Part shown: positions 6,390 to 15,055 of the stretch, one piece after another
Numbering within the stretch: position 1 is the stretch's first letter
Layout: each line of letters begins with the position of its first letter
IMG/VR virus record: IMGVR_UViG_3300031228_000015
Coordinates: 1 to 42,312 of that record
Length of the DNA stretch: 42,312 nucleotides
Origin: a virus
Direction: 5' to 3' (one strand)
Translations under genes and position numbers: made by a program
Notes under the pieces: generated by a model
Told to the model about the DNA's origin: nothing
Databases searched by the model: none
The model's input: only the letters and a program-made list of their open reading frames with translations

Positions 6390-6829
6390 AGCCCCTCCAC
6401 CATCAGCAAGGCATCGCTCACCGGGCACGCCGCCGCATCGCCTGGCACGCTTCGCGCCGCGCTTTCCCGCAACCCCGCGATCGTGGCGGCCGATGCCTGG
6501 TTCGCCTCGCGCGCACGGGCAAGCTCGACTTCGGCCGCGGCACGCCGTCGCACGCCTTCCGCCGCCAGAGCGCGCACGCGGGCGCTCTGTTCGTCCAGCG
6601 CCGCCAGCGCGCGCTCCAGCGACGCGGCCGTCACTTCGTGCGCCGCCAACGCGATCGCGGTTTTCATCTGAGCATCAAGCAGGTCCTCCCGTGCCCAGGC
6701 CACACGCAGCATCTGCCATCCGGCAAACGCCACCAGCGCGGCGATCAGGATCATGCGCCAGTGCCGCACAACGCCGGCCACAGCCGCCTTCGCTGTGGGC
6801 GCGGCGATCAGGCTAAGCCCCGGTATCAT
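6386..6829 (-). CDS. i-spanin (Rz-like) candidate
   Basis: 147 aa. N-terminal TM (ILIAALVAFAGWQML) followed by a long Ala/Arg/Glu coiled-coil region. Lies directly downstream of the holin-like and endolysin genes. Confidence 0.55.
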   Translation of the reverse strand: MIPGLSLIAAPTAKAAVAGVVRHWRMILIAALVAFAGWQMLRVAWAREDLLDAQMKTAIALAAHEVTAASLERALAALDEQSARVRALAAEGVRRRAAAEVELARAREANQASAATIAGLRESAARSVPGDAAACPVSDALLMVEGL

Positions 6830-7148
6830 CGGCCTGCTCCCGGTGAATGTTGGTATCGATTTCCACGAATTCGCCCAGGCGCGCCTTCATCGCGTTCGCC
6901 TGCGTCGCGATCAGCACCACGCCCATCACCATGCCGATGCGCAGCCATTCGCTGTAAAGGATCACCTCGCGCAGTAGGGCCGCAGACGCCTGCCGGGGCG
7001 GCCACCACAGCAGCGCGATCACGGTGAAGCCTTCCACCGCCACGCCCAGCAGCATCCCCCAGCACATCAGCGCGCGGATCTGCCGGGCGTTCATGTTCAG
7101 CGCATAGCGCACCGATCGGGCGATCCACCCGAATGCCCAGGCGAACAT
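6813..7148 (-). CDS. Holin-like membrane protein
   Basis: Internal ATG at 7148 (MFAWAFGWIARSV...). Contains 2-3 hydrophobic helices (LMCWGMLLGVAVEGFTVIALLWW, IGMVMGVVLIATQ). Position is immediately after the endolysin gene. Confidence 0.5.
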   Translation of the reverse strand: MFAWAFGWIARSVRYALNMNARQIRALMCWGMLLGVAVEGFTVIALLWWPPRQASAALLREVILYSEWLRIGMVMGVVLIATQANAMKARLGEFVEIDTNIHREQADDTGA

Positions 7149-7204
7149 CGCCGCCACGGCGCCAGCGGCGCGGCGCGGGCGCGAAGGTGGGGAATCCCCG
7201 CCGG

Positions 7205-7795
7205 TCACAGCAACAGCGCCTTCATGTGGCCCAGCCACGCCTTGCGGTCGGCCAGCCCGTTCAGCCCGCCGTTGATCTTGCGCGTCACGCCCAGCACATC
7301 GTCCCGATCCGCCAGGGGGGAGATGCCGCGCGATTGCCAGTAATCGCACGCCACCCACAACCCGATCGAAGGCGCCGCCGCCAGTTCGGGATGCCGTTCC
7401 AGATCCAGCCCCAGCCGCCGCCCCACCGTCCGGTAATTATCGCGGCCGGTCAGCTGGATCGGGCCACGCCCCTTGTACCGCCGCCCGTCGCCCACCTGAT
7501 CGTTGCCCAGGTCCTCGCGCCCCTCATAGGCCGCGCCGCTGGCCAGTTCCTCCATCCACTTGAAGCCGCCCGATTCGTGCGCCAGCTGCGCCATGAAATG
7601 CGCCAGGCGCAGCGGCGAATCGAGCAGGCCATAGCCGTGCAACCGCACGTTGCCCGCCAGCGCCAGCTCCGCCGCGATTTCCGGCTTCGCGCCCGCCGCC
7701 GCGAACAGCGCATGCAGCGTGTTCCTGCCGATCTGCCCGTCCACCGTCACCGCCAGGCGCAACTGCATCCGTTCGATATCGTCCCGATCCATCAT
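7205..7795 (-). CDS. Endolysin, glycoside hydrolase family 19 (chitinase-like)
   Basis: AHFMAQLAHESGGF...YKGRGPIQLTGRDNY...LWVACDYW are GH19 hallmark motifs. Confidence 0.85.
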   Translation of the reverse strand: MMDRDDIERMQLRLAVTVDGQIGRNTLHALFAAAGAKPEIAAELALAGNVRLHGYGLLDSPLRLAHFMAQLAHESGGFKWMEELASGAAYEGREDLGNDQVGDGRRYKGRGPIQLTGRDNYRTVGRRLGLDLERHPELAAAPSIGLWVACDYWQSRGISPLADRDDVLGVTRKINGGLNGLADRKAWLGHMKALLL

Positions 7796-7863
7796 TCGAA
7801 TCTATCCCCTGAAAAAACCGCTTTCGACCTCACCCACGGCGGCGAAGAATGGCTTGCGTTCGA

Positions 7864-8256
7864 TCATTGGCCCGCTGCCTTTTTTGCCGCCACTGTGGCC
7901 GCCTGCATCTCATTGTTGAAATCGCCCCTGCCTTGCATGATCGCTTTGAGGCGCATGACTTCGGCCTCGCTCTCAGCGTGCTTGCGCTGGCAATCCTGAA
8001 GCCGTTCGTCGGTGTCGCGGCGGTAGGACGTGAACTCCGCCCGCAAGTCGCGTTCGGCCTGAGAGAGCCGGTTCACCTGCTGTTGAAGCGCCTCGATCAA
8101 TTCCCGCGTCACGGTGTCGATATGCTCTTCTTTCTTATCGACGCGCCCGGCTATGAAGGTTGCCAGCCACCGGACCACCAGAAAGGAAAATCCAAGACCG
8201 AAACCACCTACCCCACTGTAGGCGAGCGTCGATAGCGCAAGCTCCGGTTCGATCAT
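7864..8256 (-). CDS. Membrane-anchored coiled-coil protein (lysis-cassette associated)
   Basis: ATG at 8256 overlaps the upstream stop (ATGA). TM GVGGFGLGFSFLVVRWLATFIAG followed by a coiled coil. The upstream 136 codons of the track ORF are Arg/Pro-rich and were rejected. Confidence 0.55.
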   Translation of the reverse strand: MIEPELALSTLAYSGVGGFGLGFSFLVVRWLATFIAGRVDKKEEHIDTVTRELIEALQQQVNRLSQAERDLRAEFTSYRRDTDERLQDCQRKHAESEAEVMRLKAIMQGRGDFNNEMQAATVAAKKAAGQ

Positions 8257-8729
8257 TGGGCATGTCTCTTTCTCAGGTCGAAGTATCGCCACGGATCGAA
8301 GGTCCGGTTGAACACGGCCACGCGGTGGAGAAGCCATTCCATTGGTGGGAGCCCGATGAGCATCTGACCCGCGACGAGGTACCAGTTGGCCCACCAACTT
8401 TCCCAGGTGTGGCCGCCGTTCAGCGCTTCGAAGGCTCCTAGGGCCGTCGTCAGCGGGATGGTGGCTGCGATCAGCCGTTCGCCCGCACTGAAGGCCCTTT
8501 GCTTCGCAAAGCGTAACCAGAGAAGCCGCCCGATGATTGCCGCGTCGCAGGCCGCGAACAGCACGAGGCTGTTTTCTCCGGTCCCCCACCAGTAGCCTTG
8601 CTGCGCCGCCCATGCCGAGCAAACCAGTAGTCCGGTCGAATAGAAAGAACGGCTGTGCAGCCAAAGCGCCCCGTTAAACGAAGCGCAGAGGCCGCACAGC
8701 GCGATCTGGACAGTCAGCGTCCAATGCAT
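8253..8729 (-). CDS. Multi-pass membrane protein (possible holin/lysis regulator)
   Basis: 158 aa with 4-5 Trp-rich hydrophobic segments. Coupled to the flanking genes. Confidence 0.55.
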   Translation of the reverse strand: MHWTLTVQIALCGLCASFNGALWLHSRSFYSTGLLVCSAWAAQQGYWWGTGENSLVLFAACDAAIIGRLLWLRFAKQRAFSAGERLIAATIPLTTALGAFEALNGGHTWESWWANWYLVAGQMLIGLPPMEWLLHRVAVFNRTFDPWRYFDLRKRHAQ

Positions 8730-8863
8730 TAACCGCCGCCGCCGGGTGGCCCATTACCCGTGCCGCCCGATCTCGTTTCGGCTTGCTGACGTGCTTCAAG
8801 CATCTCGGCAATGCGCTCCAGCGCGGTGGCGATACGGTCGAGGTGATCATTCGTCTCAGGCAT
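8729..8863 (-). CDS. Small hypothetical protein (44 aa)
   Basis: Not in the track. ATG at 8863 after AAGGAG. Translation: MPETNDHLDRIATALERIAEMLEARQQAETRSGGTGNGPPGGGG. Its TAA overlaps the next ATG (TAATG). Confidence 0.4.
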   Translation of the reverse strand: MPETNDHLDRIATALERIAEMLEARQQAETRSGGTGNGPPGGGG

Positions 8864-8876
8864 TCACGGTCTCCTT

Positions 8877-10163
8877 TCAGTCAGGTATCGGAATGAGATG
8901 CGGCCGCTGTTCGAATGTGAAGCCCGCAGGCGGCTTGCCTTGTGTCCCGTCGCCGAAGTCCGCGGCCGAACAGTTGAGCAGATTGTCGATACAGTTCCCT
9001 TCCCACCGATCGCGGATCGCCGGTTCCCATGCTTCCATGTAATCGGCGTGGAAGGTCGATCCGGCAGGTTTGCCCGCCATCGCGTCGCTGCTGAATATCC
9101 ACGTCCCCGGTGTGTCGCCGGGCAGGATCGCATAAGCGAAGATCAGTGAAAGCTGAGGGATCAGGTAGGGATGCGAGGCGGGGCAGTGATACCGGCCTGA
9201 ATTCGCATCGCGCGACATATAGGCGAGATGATCCTGGTGGTTCGCGCTGTCGAGATTGCGCCCGTTCCAGCAGTCGGGCGCCTCGATCCGGGCATAGATG
9301 TGGCTGGTCGCGCGGCACCGCTCGGCAACCCCGGCCAGCGTCGGATCGCTGAACCCTGCGTTGCAGTCAAAGCTGACATGCGGCGACTGCAGGTGACCCT
9401 GGACGTAGTTCGTGCCGAAGATCGCCCGCAGTCCCACCGGTATGCCGACGCAGCCCTTGTGCGGCGCACGGGTGCACTCAGGGTCGCTCGCCGGGAGGCG
9501 CTTGTAGTAGTTGGAGATATAGTCCGGCACCACGACTTGACCGCCCGCGGGCTTGCTCAGCAGCGCCGGTAGCCAGTAGGCCGAGCGATTGAGAATATCG
9601 CCCTGGCAGGTACTCCCGCCTGCCGTGCGCAGGCTCGCATAGTCTGACGCCGCGTTCGTCCCGGTGTTGCCGAAGAACATATGCAGGTGCGACTTGCCCG
9701 GCTGCTCCGGGTACGCAATCGGATCGTCATAAGCCAGGTGGCTGACGTTGCAGATGAAGCGGAACGCGCCGACAACATCAGGGGCGGCGGAGCCCGGAAC
9801 CGGCACTTGCCGGACGTAGGACGCCAGGTCGAAGGTGGAGACAATCGGGACGATATCGTCCACCGTCAGCGGTGTGAACTCGGGTATCGGATGTTCGTCG
9901 TGGTCAGGATCGGTGGGCGGTGCAGGATCGAGGATCGCGATGGCTTGTTCCATCAAGTCTACTGTCACGCGGGCTTCGGCCACGCACTTGTCGGCCTGCT
10001 TTCGCTTGCAGTGGTATTCAGCCCGGTCGGCCGCATTCTCCGCGTCCTTGACCGCCGGGTAGGCGGCAGCGGTATCCTGCGCGGCGGCCGGGGTGCATGC
10101 GGCCGGCGCGAAGAGGAAGCAGGCCGCAGCGGCGCCCCACGCAAGATAGTGCCAGTGGATCAC
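8877..10163 (-). CDS. Secreted DUF1996 domain protein
   Basis: Signal peptide MIHWHYLAWGAAAACFLFAPAACTPAAAQ. DUF1996 motifs: GAFRFICNVSHLAYDDPIAYPEQPGKSHLHMFFGN, NRSAYWLPAL, APDCWNGRNLDSANHQDHLAY, HCPASHPYLIPQL, FHADYMEAWE. Confidence 0.8.
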   Translation of the reverse strand: MIHWHYLAWGAAAACFLFAPAACTPAAAQDTAAAYPAVKDAENAADRAEYHCKRKQADKCVAEARVTVDLMEQAIAILDPAPPTDPDHDEHPIPEFTPLTVDDIVPIVSTFDLASYVRQVPVPGSAAPDVVGAFRFICNVSHLAYDDPIAYPEQPGKSHLHMFFGNTGTNAASDYASLRTAGGSTCQGDILNRSAYWLPALLSKPAGGQVVVPDYISNYYKRLPASDPECTRAPHKGCVGIPVGLRAIFGTNYVQGHLQSPHVSFDCNAGFSDPTLAGVAERCRATSHIYARIEAPDCWNGRNLDSANHQDHLAYMSRDANSGRYHCPASHPYLIPQLSLIFAYAILPGDTPGTWIFSSDAMAGKPAGSTFHADYMEAWEPAIRDRWEGNCIDNLLNCSAADFGDGTQGKPPAGFTFEQRPHLIPIPD

Positions 10164-10210
10164 AAACCTTCTCCCTGGATCGTGGAAAATAAAAGATCGG
10201 AAATCAGCCG

Positions 10211-11038
10211 TCAGACTCGGCCAAGCACGACAATCGAACCGCCGGTCAGGTTTCCGCCCGTGGTGTTCGCCACTCTCAGCGCATCGATTGTCGATCCCGA
10301 AGCAACGAACAGCCGGGTTTGCTCTGGCCCGTGCGAGATTCCGACCGGCGGCGTCCCGTCGCCCATATTATTGAGAATAGGAACAACCCCCGAACGCGCC
10401 GAGCTGCTGCCATCGCCGAGAGGGAAACCCGATGAATCCGATTCCACGCCGCTCGAATTGATAAGAACATAGTCGCCCGTGGTGGAATAAAAGCTGCTGC
10501 CCCCATCGGTGCTGACCCGCACCATCCTGGTACCCGCGACCGAGGCCGGAATGTTCCGGCAAATGACCATCAGTTCGCTGTAGCCGCCAAGGCCGGTAAA
10601 ATCGACGTTCGCCACGTCACCCGAATGTGTCCAGCTTCCCGCCAGATCCCACCCCACACCGGCTGAAAAAATCGCCCACGCCGATCCGCTCCACACATAG
10701 AGCGCGTCTTCGTCCTGCACCCAAACCTGCAGGCCCTCGTGCCGTGCCCCAATCGGGATGTCCGCCCCATCCGAATCGTTGCCCGGCACGAAGGTCCACG
10801 CCGTGCCGGTGTAGATGGCGATCTTGTTCGCCTTGCCCACCCACGCCCCGGTGGGCGCGGCGCCCACAATGTACACGTCGCCATCCGCAGGGCTCCCCGG
10901 CGGGGTGTCCAGTCCCCGGTCGATCGCGCCTTTCTGCAGCGCGATCAGCATGTTCAGCGCTTCGTTGTGCAGCACCTCCGCCTGCGCCGGCGGGGGCGAA
11001 GGGACATAGGGGATGCCGAGATCGGGGGAATTCGCCAT
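10211..11038 (-). CDS. DUF2793-type tail fibre protein
   Basis: N-terminus PAQAEVLHNEALNMLIALQKGAI...PPGSPADGDVYIVGAAPTGAWVGKANKIAIYTGTAWTF matches the DUF2793 pattern. Lies next to the host-specificity gene. Confidence 0.75.
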   Translation of the reverse strand: MANSPDLGIPYVPSPPPAQAEVLHNEALNMLIALQKGAIDRGLDTPPGSPADGDVYIVGAAPTGAWVGKANKIAIYTGTAWTFVPGNDSDGADIPIGARHEGLQVWVQDEDALYVWSGSAWAIFSAGVGWDLAGSWTHSGDVANVDFTGLGGYSELMVICRNIPASVAGTRMVRVSTDGGSSFYSTTGDYVLINSSGVESDSSGFPLGDGSSSARSGVVPILNNMGDGTPPVGISHGPEQTRLFVASGSTIDALRVANTTGGNLTGGSIVVLGRV

Positions 11039-11112
11039 GCTTTTTCACACGCTCCGTTAACGTTTTCTCAACCTTTTGTCGTCAAACCGGGGATTGAAAG
11101 GAGTACATCGTC

Positions 11113-11274
11113 ATGAACAATTTCAAATCCGGCCAGCAGGTCATTCACCAGCTTCGCGGCCCCGGCGTGATTGAAACCGTCACCCCGGCGGGCAACCTCC
11201 ACATCCGCCTCGGCAACGGGGCTCTGCACCTCGCCTCGCCCGTCATGGTCACCCGGGCCGCAGCGGCGGTCTGA
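11113..11274 (+). CDS. Small opposite-strand hypothetical protein (53 aa) inside the tail module
   Basis: Not in the track. ATG at 11113 lies 10 nt after GAAAGGAG. Translation: MNNFKSGQQVIHQLRGPGVIETVTPAGNLHIRLGNGALHLASPVMVTRAAAAV. TGA at 11272-11274. Confidence 0.45.
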   Translation: MNNFKSGQQVIHQLRGPGVIETVTPAGNLHIRLGNGALHLASPVMVTRAAAAV

Positions 11275-11278
11275 GGGC

Positions 11279-13591
11279 TCACACCACCGCGCGGCGCGGA
11301 TGCCCGCGCCCGCGGATGCCGCTGATCTGGCACGCGTCCACCGTCACCGGATTGCCCGGCGTGATCCCGTCCGCCGTCTGCTCCGCCGCCGAATAGGGGA
11401 AGGTCGGCGCGGTCGTCGCGATCGTGCGCACGGCACTGCCCGCCACGATCACATCCAGCTCGTACCGTTCGCTTTCCTCGGCCAGCGGCGGATCGCCGCC
11501 GAACAGTCCCGCGCCCGCGATCCGGCTGCGCCGGTGGCATGTGATCGTCAGGTTGTTCGATCCGTCGCGCCTGCCGGTCACATGCACCGGTGAAAGGGGT
11601 CGCCGCCCTTCGCCCGTGCCGGTGAAGTCCTGCACGGCGGTATCGGCCTCGCTCGTCAGCACCGAAACCGGCTTGTACTGCCGCTCCGCGTTCCAGTCCC
11701 CCGCGCCGAAGTCGCTGCGCCCCAGCGTCTCCGGTTCCAGCAGCACGAACACTTCGTTCGCGCCATGGGTGCCAATCGCGTGATCGGTGCCCAAGCGCCC
11801 GCGCAGCCGATCGGAAAGCTCGTAGGTCTTCGGGGCCACCAGCGTCGCCGTGGCGAACTGGAACACCTCGCCGCCCTGCCCGTTCGCGGGACCTAGCCAC
11901 GCGGCGTTCGCCCCGTTCAGCACCGCCGATTCGGTCACGCTTTCCAGCTCGTCATCGGCGTTGTCCAGCACCACCGTCACCGGGTTGCCGCGATCCCAAT
12001 AGTCTGCCGGCCCGGAAGGCAGCGCCACGGCCACGTCGCCGATCGGCGCACGCACCGCCACGCCGCTCATCTCCGAATAGGTCGTGCCGCCATCAGACGA
12101 TCGCATGATCGTCGCCCCGCGCCACCCCGCATTGGCCGCCGTCACCGCCCAATAGAAGCCCGAATCGTCATCCGATTCGCGCACGATCGGCATGTCCATC
12201 AGCACCAGGCGCGTGGGGCCGGGCAGCTTCAGCGGGTTCGCCGGCAGCGTGCCCGGCGCGCCCGCCGCGTTGGAACGGTAGGCTTCGGGATCGGCGTTGC
12301 GCGCCTCGATCTCTATCACCCCGTTCGCCCCGCGCGTCGCCCGCGCGATCGCGAACGGCATCACCGTTTCGGCCATCGGCAGGCCCACCACGTCGCCCGC
12401 CTGCAGCCGGTGCCAGCGATCGGAAACCGGGAACCGCGCCAGGCGCCGCGCCGCCCATGCATCCCACAGCAGTGTATCCGCCAGTCTCCGAGCCTCGGTG
12501 GCGTCCAGCACCACCGGCAGTTCGCGCGATACGTTGTTCGACGCCGCGCCCAGCTGGCGCGCTGCACGCTGCGCGTTGACCTGGTAATCCAGCGCCGGGT
12601 CCGCGTATGAAACCGCCGCCTCGCGCGGCATGGCCATGGCCTGCTGCGTTTCGATGCGCATCGGCTCCTGCGCCGGCGCGCCCCCGGCCGCCGCGCCCAT
12701 GTCGTCCGCCGGGATCGTCGCCTTGATCGATCCGCCGCGGCGCACGCACCGCACCTGGCCGCCCTGCTCGGCCAGGTCGAAGTTGTACGCCAGGCCCAGC
12801 GGCTCCAGCGCGCCGAAGCCCGTCACCTCGCGCGCGATCACGAAGCCGCGGCCCGTATCGTTGATCTGCGAAACCGTGATGTCCCCGGTCGCCAGCCCGG
12901 ATCGCGTGGCGATGTCGCGTATCCAGTCGGCCACCAGCGATGAAGGGTGCCCCTCCACCTCGAATTCCAGATTGGGCAGCACATTGCCGAAATCCGCCAG
13001 TTGCAGATCCTTGATCACCACATAGGCGCTGTGGCGGTACGCTGGGGTATTGCCCACCCCTTCCTCGGCCTCGATCGTCGGGTCGATCTGCTGCGTCCCG
13101 TTGCCCTGGTAAAACCGGATCGTATCGAACACCGCGTGCGTGCCGCTGGCGCGCGTCGCCACCATCCCCACCAGCGGCGTCGGCGCGGCGGGGGCAACCG
13201 TCGCTTCGTCCAGGTCGAATATCTTTTTCGAATTCGCCCATATCCGGCGCACCATCGTGCATTCGCCGTCCCCCAGCAGGATCGCCACGCTGGTGGAATA
13301 ACTGTACTCCTTCACCGTGGGGCCGCCCTTGCCGCCCTTCTTCTTGCTGACGTGCTCCACCAGCCCGGTCGACCAGATCAGGTTCCCCGCCAGCCGGTTT
13401 TTCGCGCCATAGATCAGCGGGATCGGTGTGCCGTAAGTGGACGATGTGACCGAAAGATCCTTCAGCCGCGGCCCCTCCACCTTCGGCGCGAACAGCGCCT
13501 GATCGATGAAGCTGCCCACGGTCGAACCGATGAACCCGCCGATCGGGCCGCCAAGCGCGGTGCCCACCGCACCAAGTACCAGCGATGCCAT
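11279..13591 (-). CDS. Host-specificity/baseplate protein (RcGTA g15-like)
   Basis: 770 aa. The Gly-rich N-terminus MASLVLGAVGTALGGPIGGFIG...GPRLKDLSVTSSTYGTPIPLIYG...KKKGGKGG...YSYSTSVAILLGDG is typical of the GTA g15/phage host-specificity family. Confidence 0.85.
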   Translation of the reverse strand: MASLVLGAVGTALGGPIGGFIGSTVGSFIDQALFAPKVEGPRLKDLSVTSSTYGTPIPLIYGAKNRLAGNLIWSTGLVEHVSKKKGGKGGPTVKEYSYSTSVAILLGDGECTMVRRIWANSKKIFDLDEATVAPAAPTPLVGMVATRASGTHAVFDTIRFYQGNGTQQIDPTIEAEEGVGNTPAYRHSAYVVIKDLQLADFGNVLPNLEFEVEGHPSSLVADWIRDIATRSGLATGDITVSQINDTGRGFVIAREVTGFGALEPLGLAYNFDLAEQGGQVRCVRRGGSIKATIPADDMGAAAGGAPAQEPMRIETQQAMAMPREAAVSYADPALDYQVNAQRAARQLGAASNNVSRELPVVLDATEARRLADTLLWDAWAARRLARFPVSDRWHRLQAGDVVGLPMAETVMPFAIARATRGANGVIEIEARNADPEAYRSNAAGAPGTLPANPLKLPGPTRLVLMDMPIVRESDDDSGFYWAVTAANAGWRGATIMRSSDGGTTYSEMSGVAVRAPIGDVAVALPSGPADYWDRGNPVTVVLDNADDELESVTESAVLNGANAAWLGPANGQGGEVFQFATATLVAPKTYELSDRLRGRLGTDHAIGTHGANEVFVLLEPETLGRSDFGAGDWNAERQYKPVSVLTSEADTAVQDFTGTGEGRRPLSPVHVTGRRDGSNNLTITCHRRSRIAGAGLFGGDPPLAEESERYELDVIVAGSAVRTIATTAPTFPYSAAEQTADGITPGNPVTVDACQISGIRGRGHPRRAVV

Positions 13592-13595
13592 CAGA

Positions 13596-14057
13596 TCACC
13601 CCGCCAGCCCCGGATAGCGCCACCAGCTCGTCACCCGCTCTTGCCATTCGGCGGTAAAGCCGTGCTCCACCACCCGGCCGAAGTCGCTCAGCGCATGGAT
13701 CATCGTCCACCGGCCGCGCGCGTCCTGCGCCAGGATCGCCAGGTGCATCGGCAACTCGCGGCGCCATTCCATCCACACCACATCGCCCGGCTCCGCCGCA
13801 ATCTCGCCGCCCGCCAGCGGCAACAGGAACATCTCCAGCGCCTGGCGCATCCGTTTCGGGTGCGGTTGCCGCCCGTAATTGCCCACCGCCGCCCATGCCG
13901 CCGGGGCAATGTCGAGCACGCCGGCCGCGTGCCCCGCGCCGCGAACGAGCCCGGCGCAATCGCACCCCGCGCCCTTCGCCGCCGCCTGATGGCGGAACCG
14001 CGTGCCGATCCATGTTCGCGCCTCGGCGATCAGGCGCGCCCGCGCGGCCTCGCTCAT
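13596..14057 (-). CDS. NlpC/P60 family peptidase (RcGTA g14-like)
   Basis: ARTWIGTRFRHQ...GCDCAGLV contains the catalytic Cys motif. Size and position follow DUF2163. Confidence 0.8.
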   Translation of the reverse strand: MSEAARARLIAEARTWIGTRFRHQAAAKGAGCDCAGLVRGAGHAAGVLDIAPAAWAAVGNYGRQPHPKRMRQALEMFLLPLAGGEIAAEPGDVVWMEWRRELPMHLAILAQDARGRWTMIHALSDFGRVVEHGFTAEWQERVTSWWRYPGLAG

Positions 14058-15055
14058 CCCTGCTTTGCATCCGGCGCCTGGCTTGCCGAATCCCGGCCCG
14101 GCACCTTGTCATATCCCCCGAAGTGCTCGTACCAGTTGAACTTCGTCTTGCATGTCGTCTCCAGCAGGTCGCACCCCGGCACCGCCGAATAGGTATCGCC
14201 CGGCTCGATCGGATACAGCATCGGTTGCCACAAGGTGAACTGGCCGGTCGCCTGCACGTAATCCTTCACCTCGCCCTCCGCCCCGGCGTTCGCCCCGGTC
14301 AGCCAGGTCACGATGCCGCGATCGAACCACCCGTCCGCCTCGCTCCGCCCGCTGTCCGCGAAGATGCGCCGGTCGGCCGTGGTCGAGGCCGAAAGCGGCG
14401 CCACGCCGGTTACCGTGCCGGTTACCGTCACCGGGCCAAGATCGAAGCCGCACCGCGCATCGCCCAGCTCGAACCGGCACGATGGCGTCACCACCTGCAC
14501 CACCGCCGCCTGTTGCAGCAGCCCTCCGGGCGTCAGCACTTCCATGGTATAGCCGCGCCGCCCCTGGCTCAGCTTGCCGGTCACCCCCGTCATCAATCGC
14601 CATGGCGTCTCGCCGCTCGTGCTCCACGGCACCATCCACACCTCCACCCGCGCGCCGTCGAACAGCCCCCCGATCAGGTCGCGGTCGGCTATCGAATCGT
14701 CGCTCACTATCCCGCTGATCTCGGCATTGCCGATCTGCCCCAGCACCGCCCCCATCTCCGCCGCGGAGGCGGAAAGGCTTTCGCACGGCGAATAGGTATC
14801 GCCGCCGAACACGATCGGCATGTCGGCCGATGTGAAGGCGAACACCTCGCCATCGCGCCGCTCGATGCGCCAGCATTGCGCCCAATGCGTCAGGCACGGC
14901 GCGGTATCCACCAGCGCCAGCACCGGCGCCTGCGTCACCCGCGCTGGCGATGCTTCCATCACCAGCGCCAGCACCGGCGCCTGCGTCACCCGCGCATCCG
15001 CCTCGCCGGCTGTCAGCGCCAGCACCAGCGCCTGCGTCGTGCGGATATTGGTCAT
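14054..15055 (-). CDS. DUF2163 tail hub protein (RcGTA g13-like) with a repeat-containing N-terminal extension
   Basis: The core starts at PCLTHWAQCWRIERRDGEVFAFTSAD...GDTYSP. C-terminal CDLLETTCKTKFNWYEHFGG is BR0599-like. Three 16-17-aa repeats (ARVTQAPVLALV...) precede the core. Confidence 0.85.
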   Translation of the reverse strand: MTNIRTTQALVLALTAGEADARVTQAPVLALVMEASPARVTQAPVLALVDTAPCLTHWAQCWRIERRDGEVFAFTSADMPIVFGGDTYSPCESLSASAAEMGAVLGQIGNAEISGIVSDDSIADRDLIGGLFDGARVEVWMVPWSTSGETPWRLMTGVTGKLSQGRRGYTMEVLTPGGLLQQAAVVQVVTPSCRFELGDARCGFDLGPVTVTGTVTGVAPLSASTTADRRIFADSGRSEADGWFDRGIVTWLTGANAGAEGEVKDYVQATGQFTLWQPMLYPIEPGDTYSAVPGCDLLETTCKTKFNWYEHFGGYDKVPGRDSASQAPDAKQG

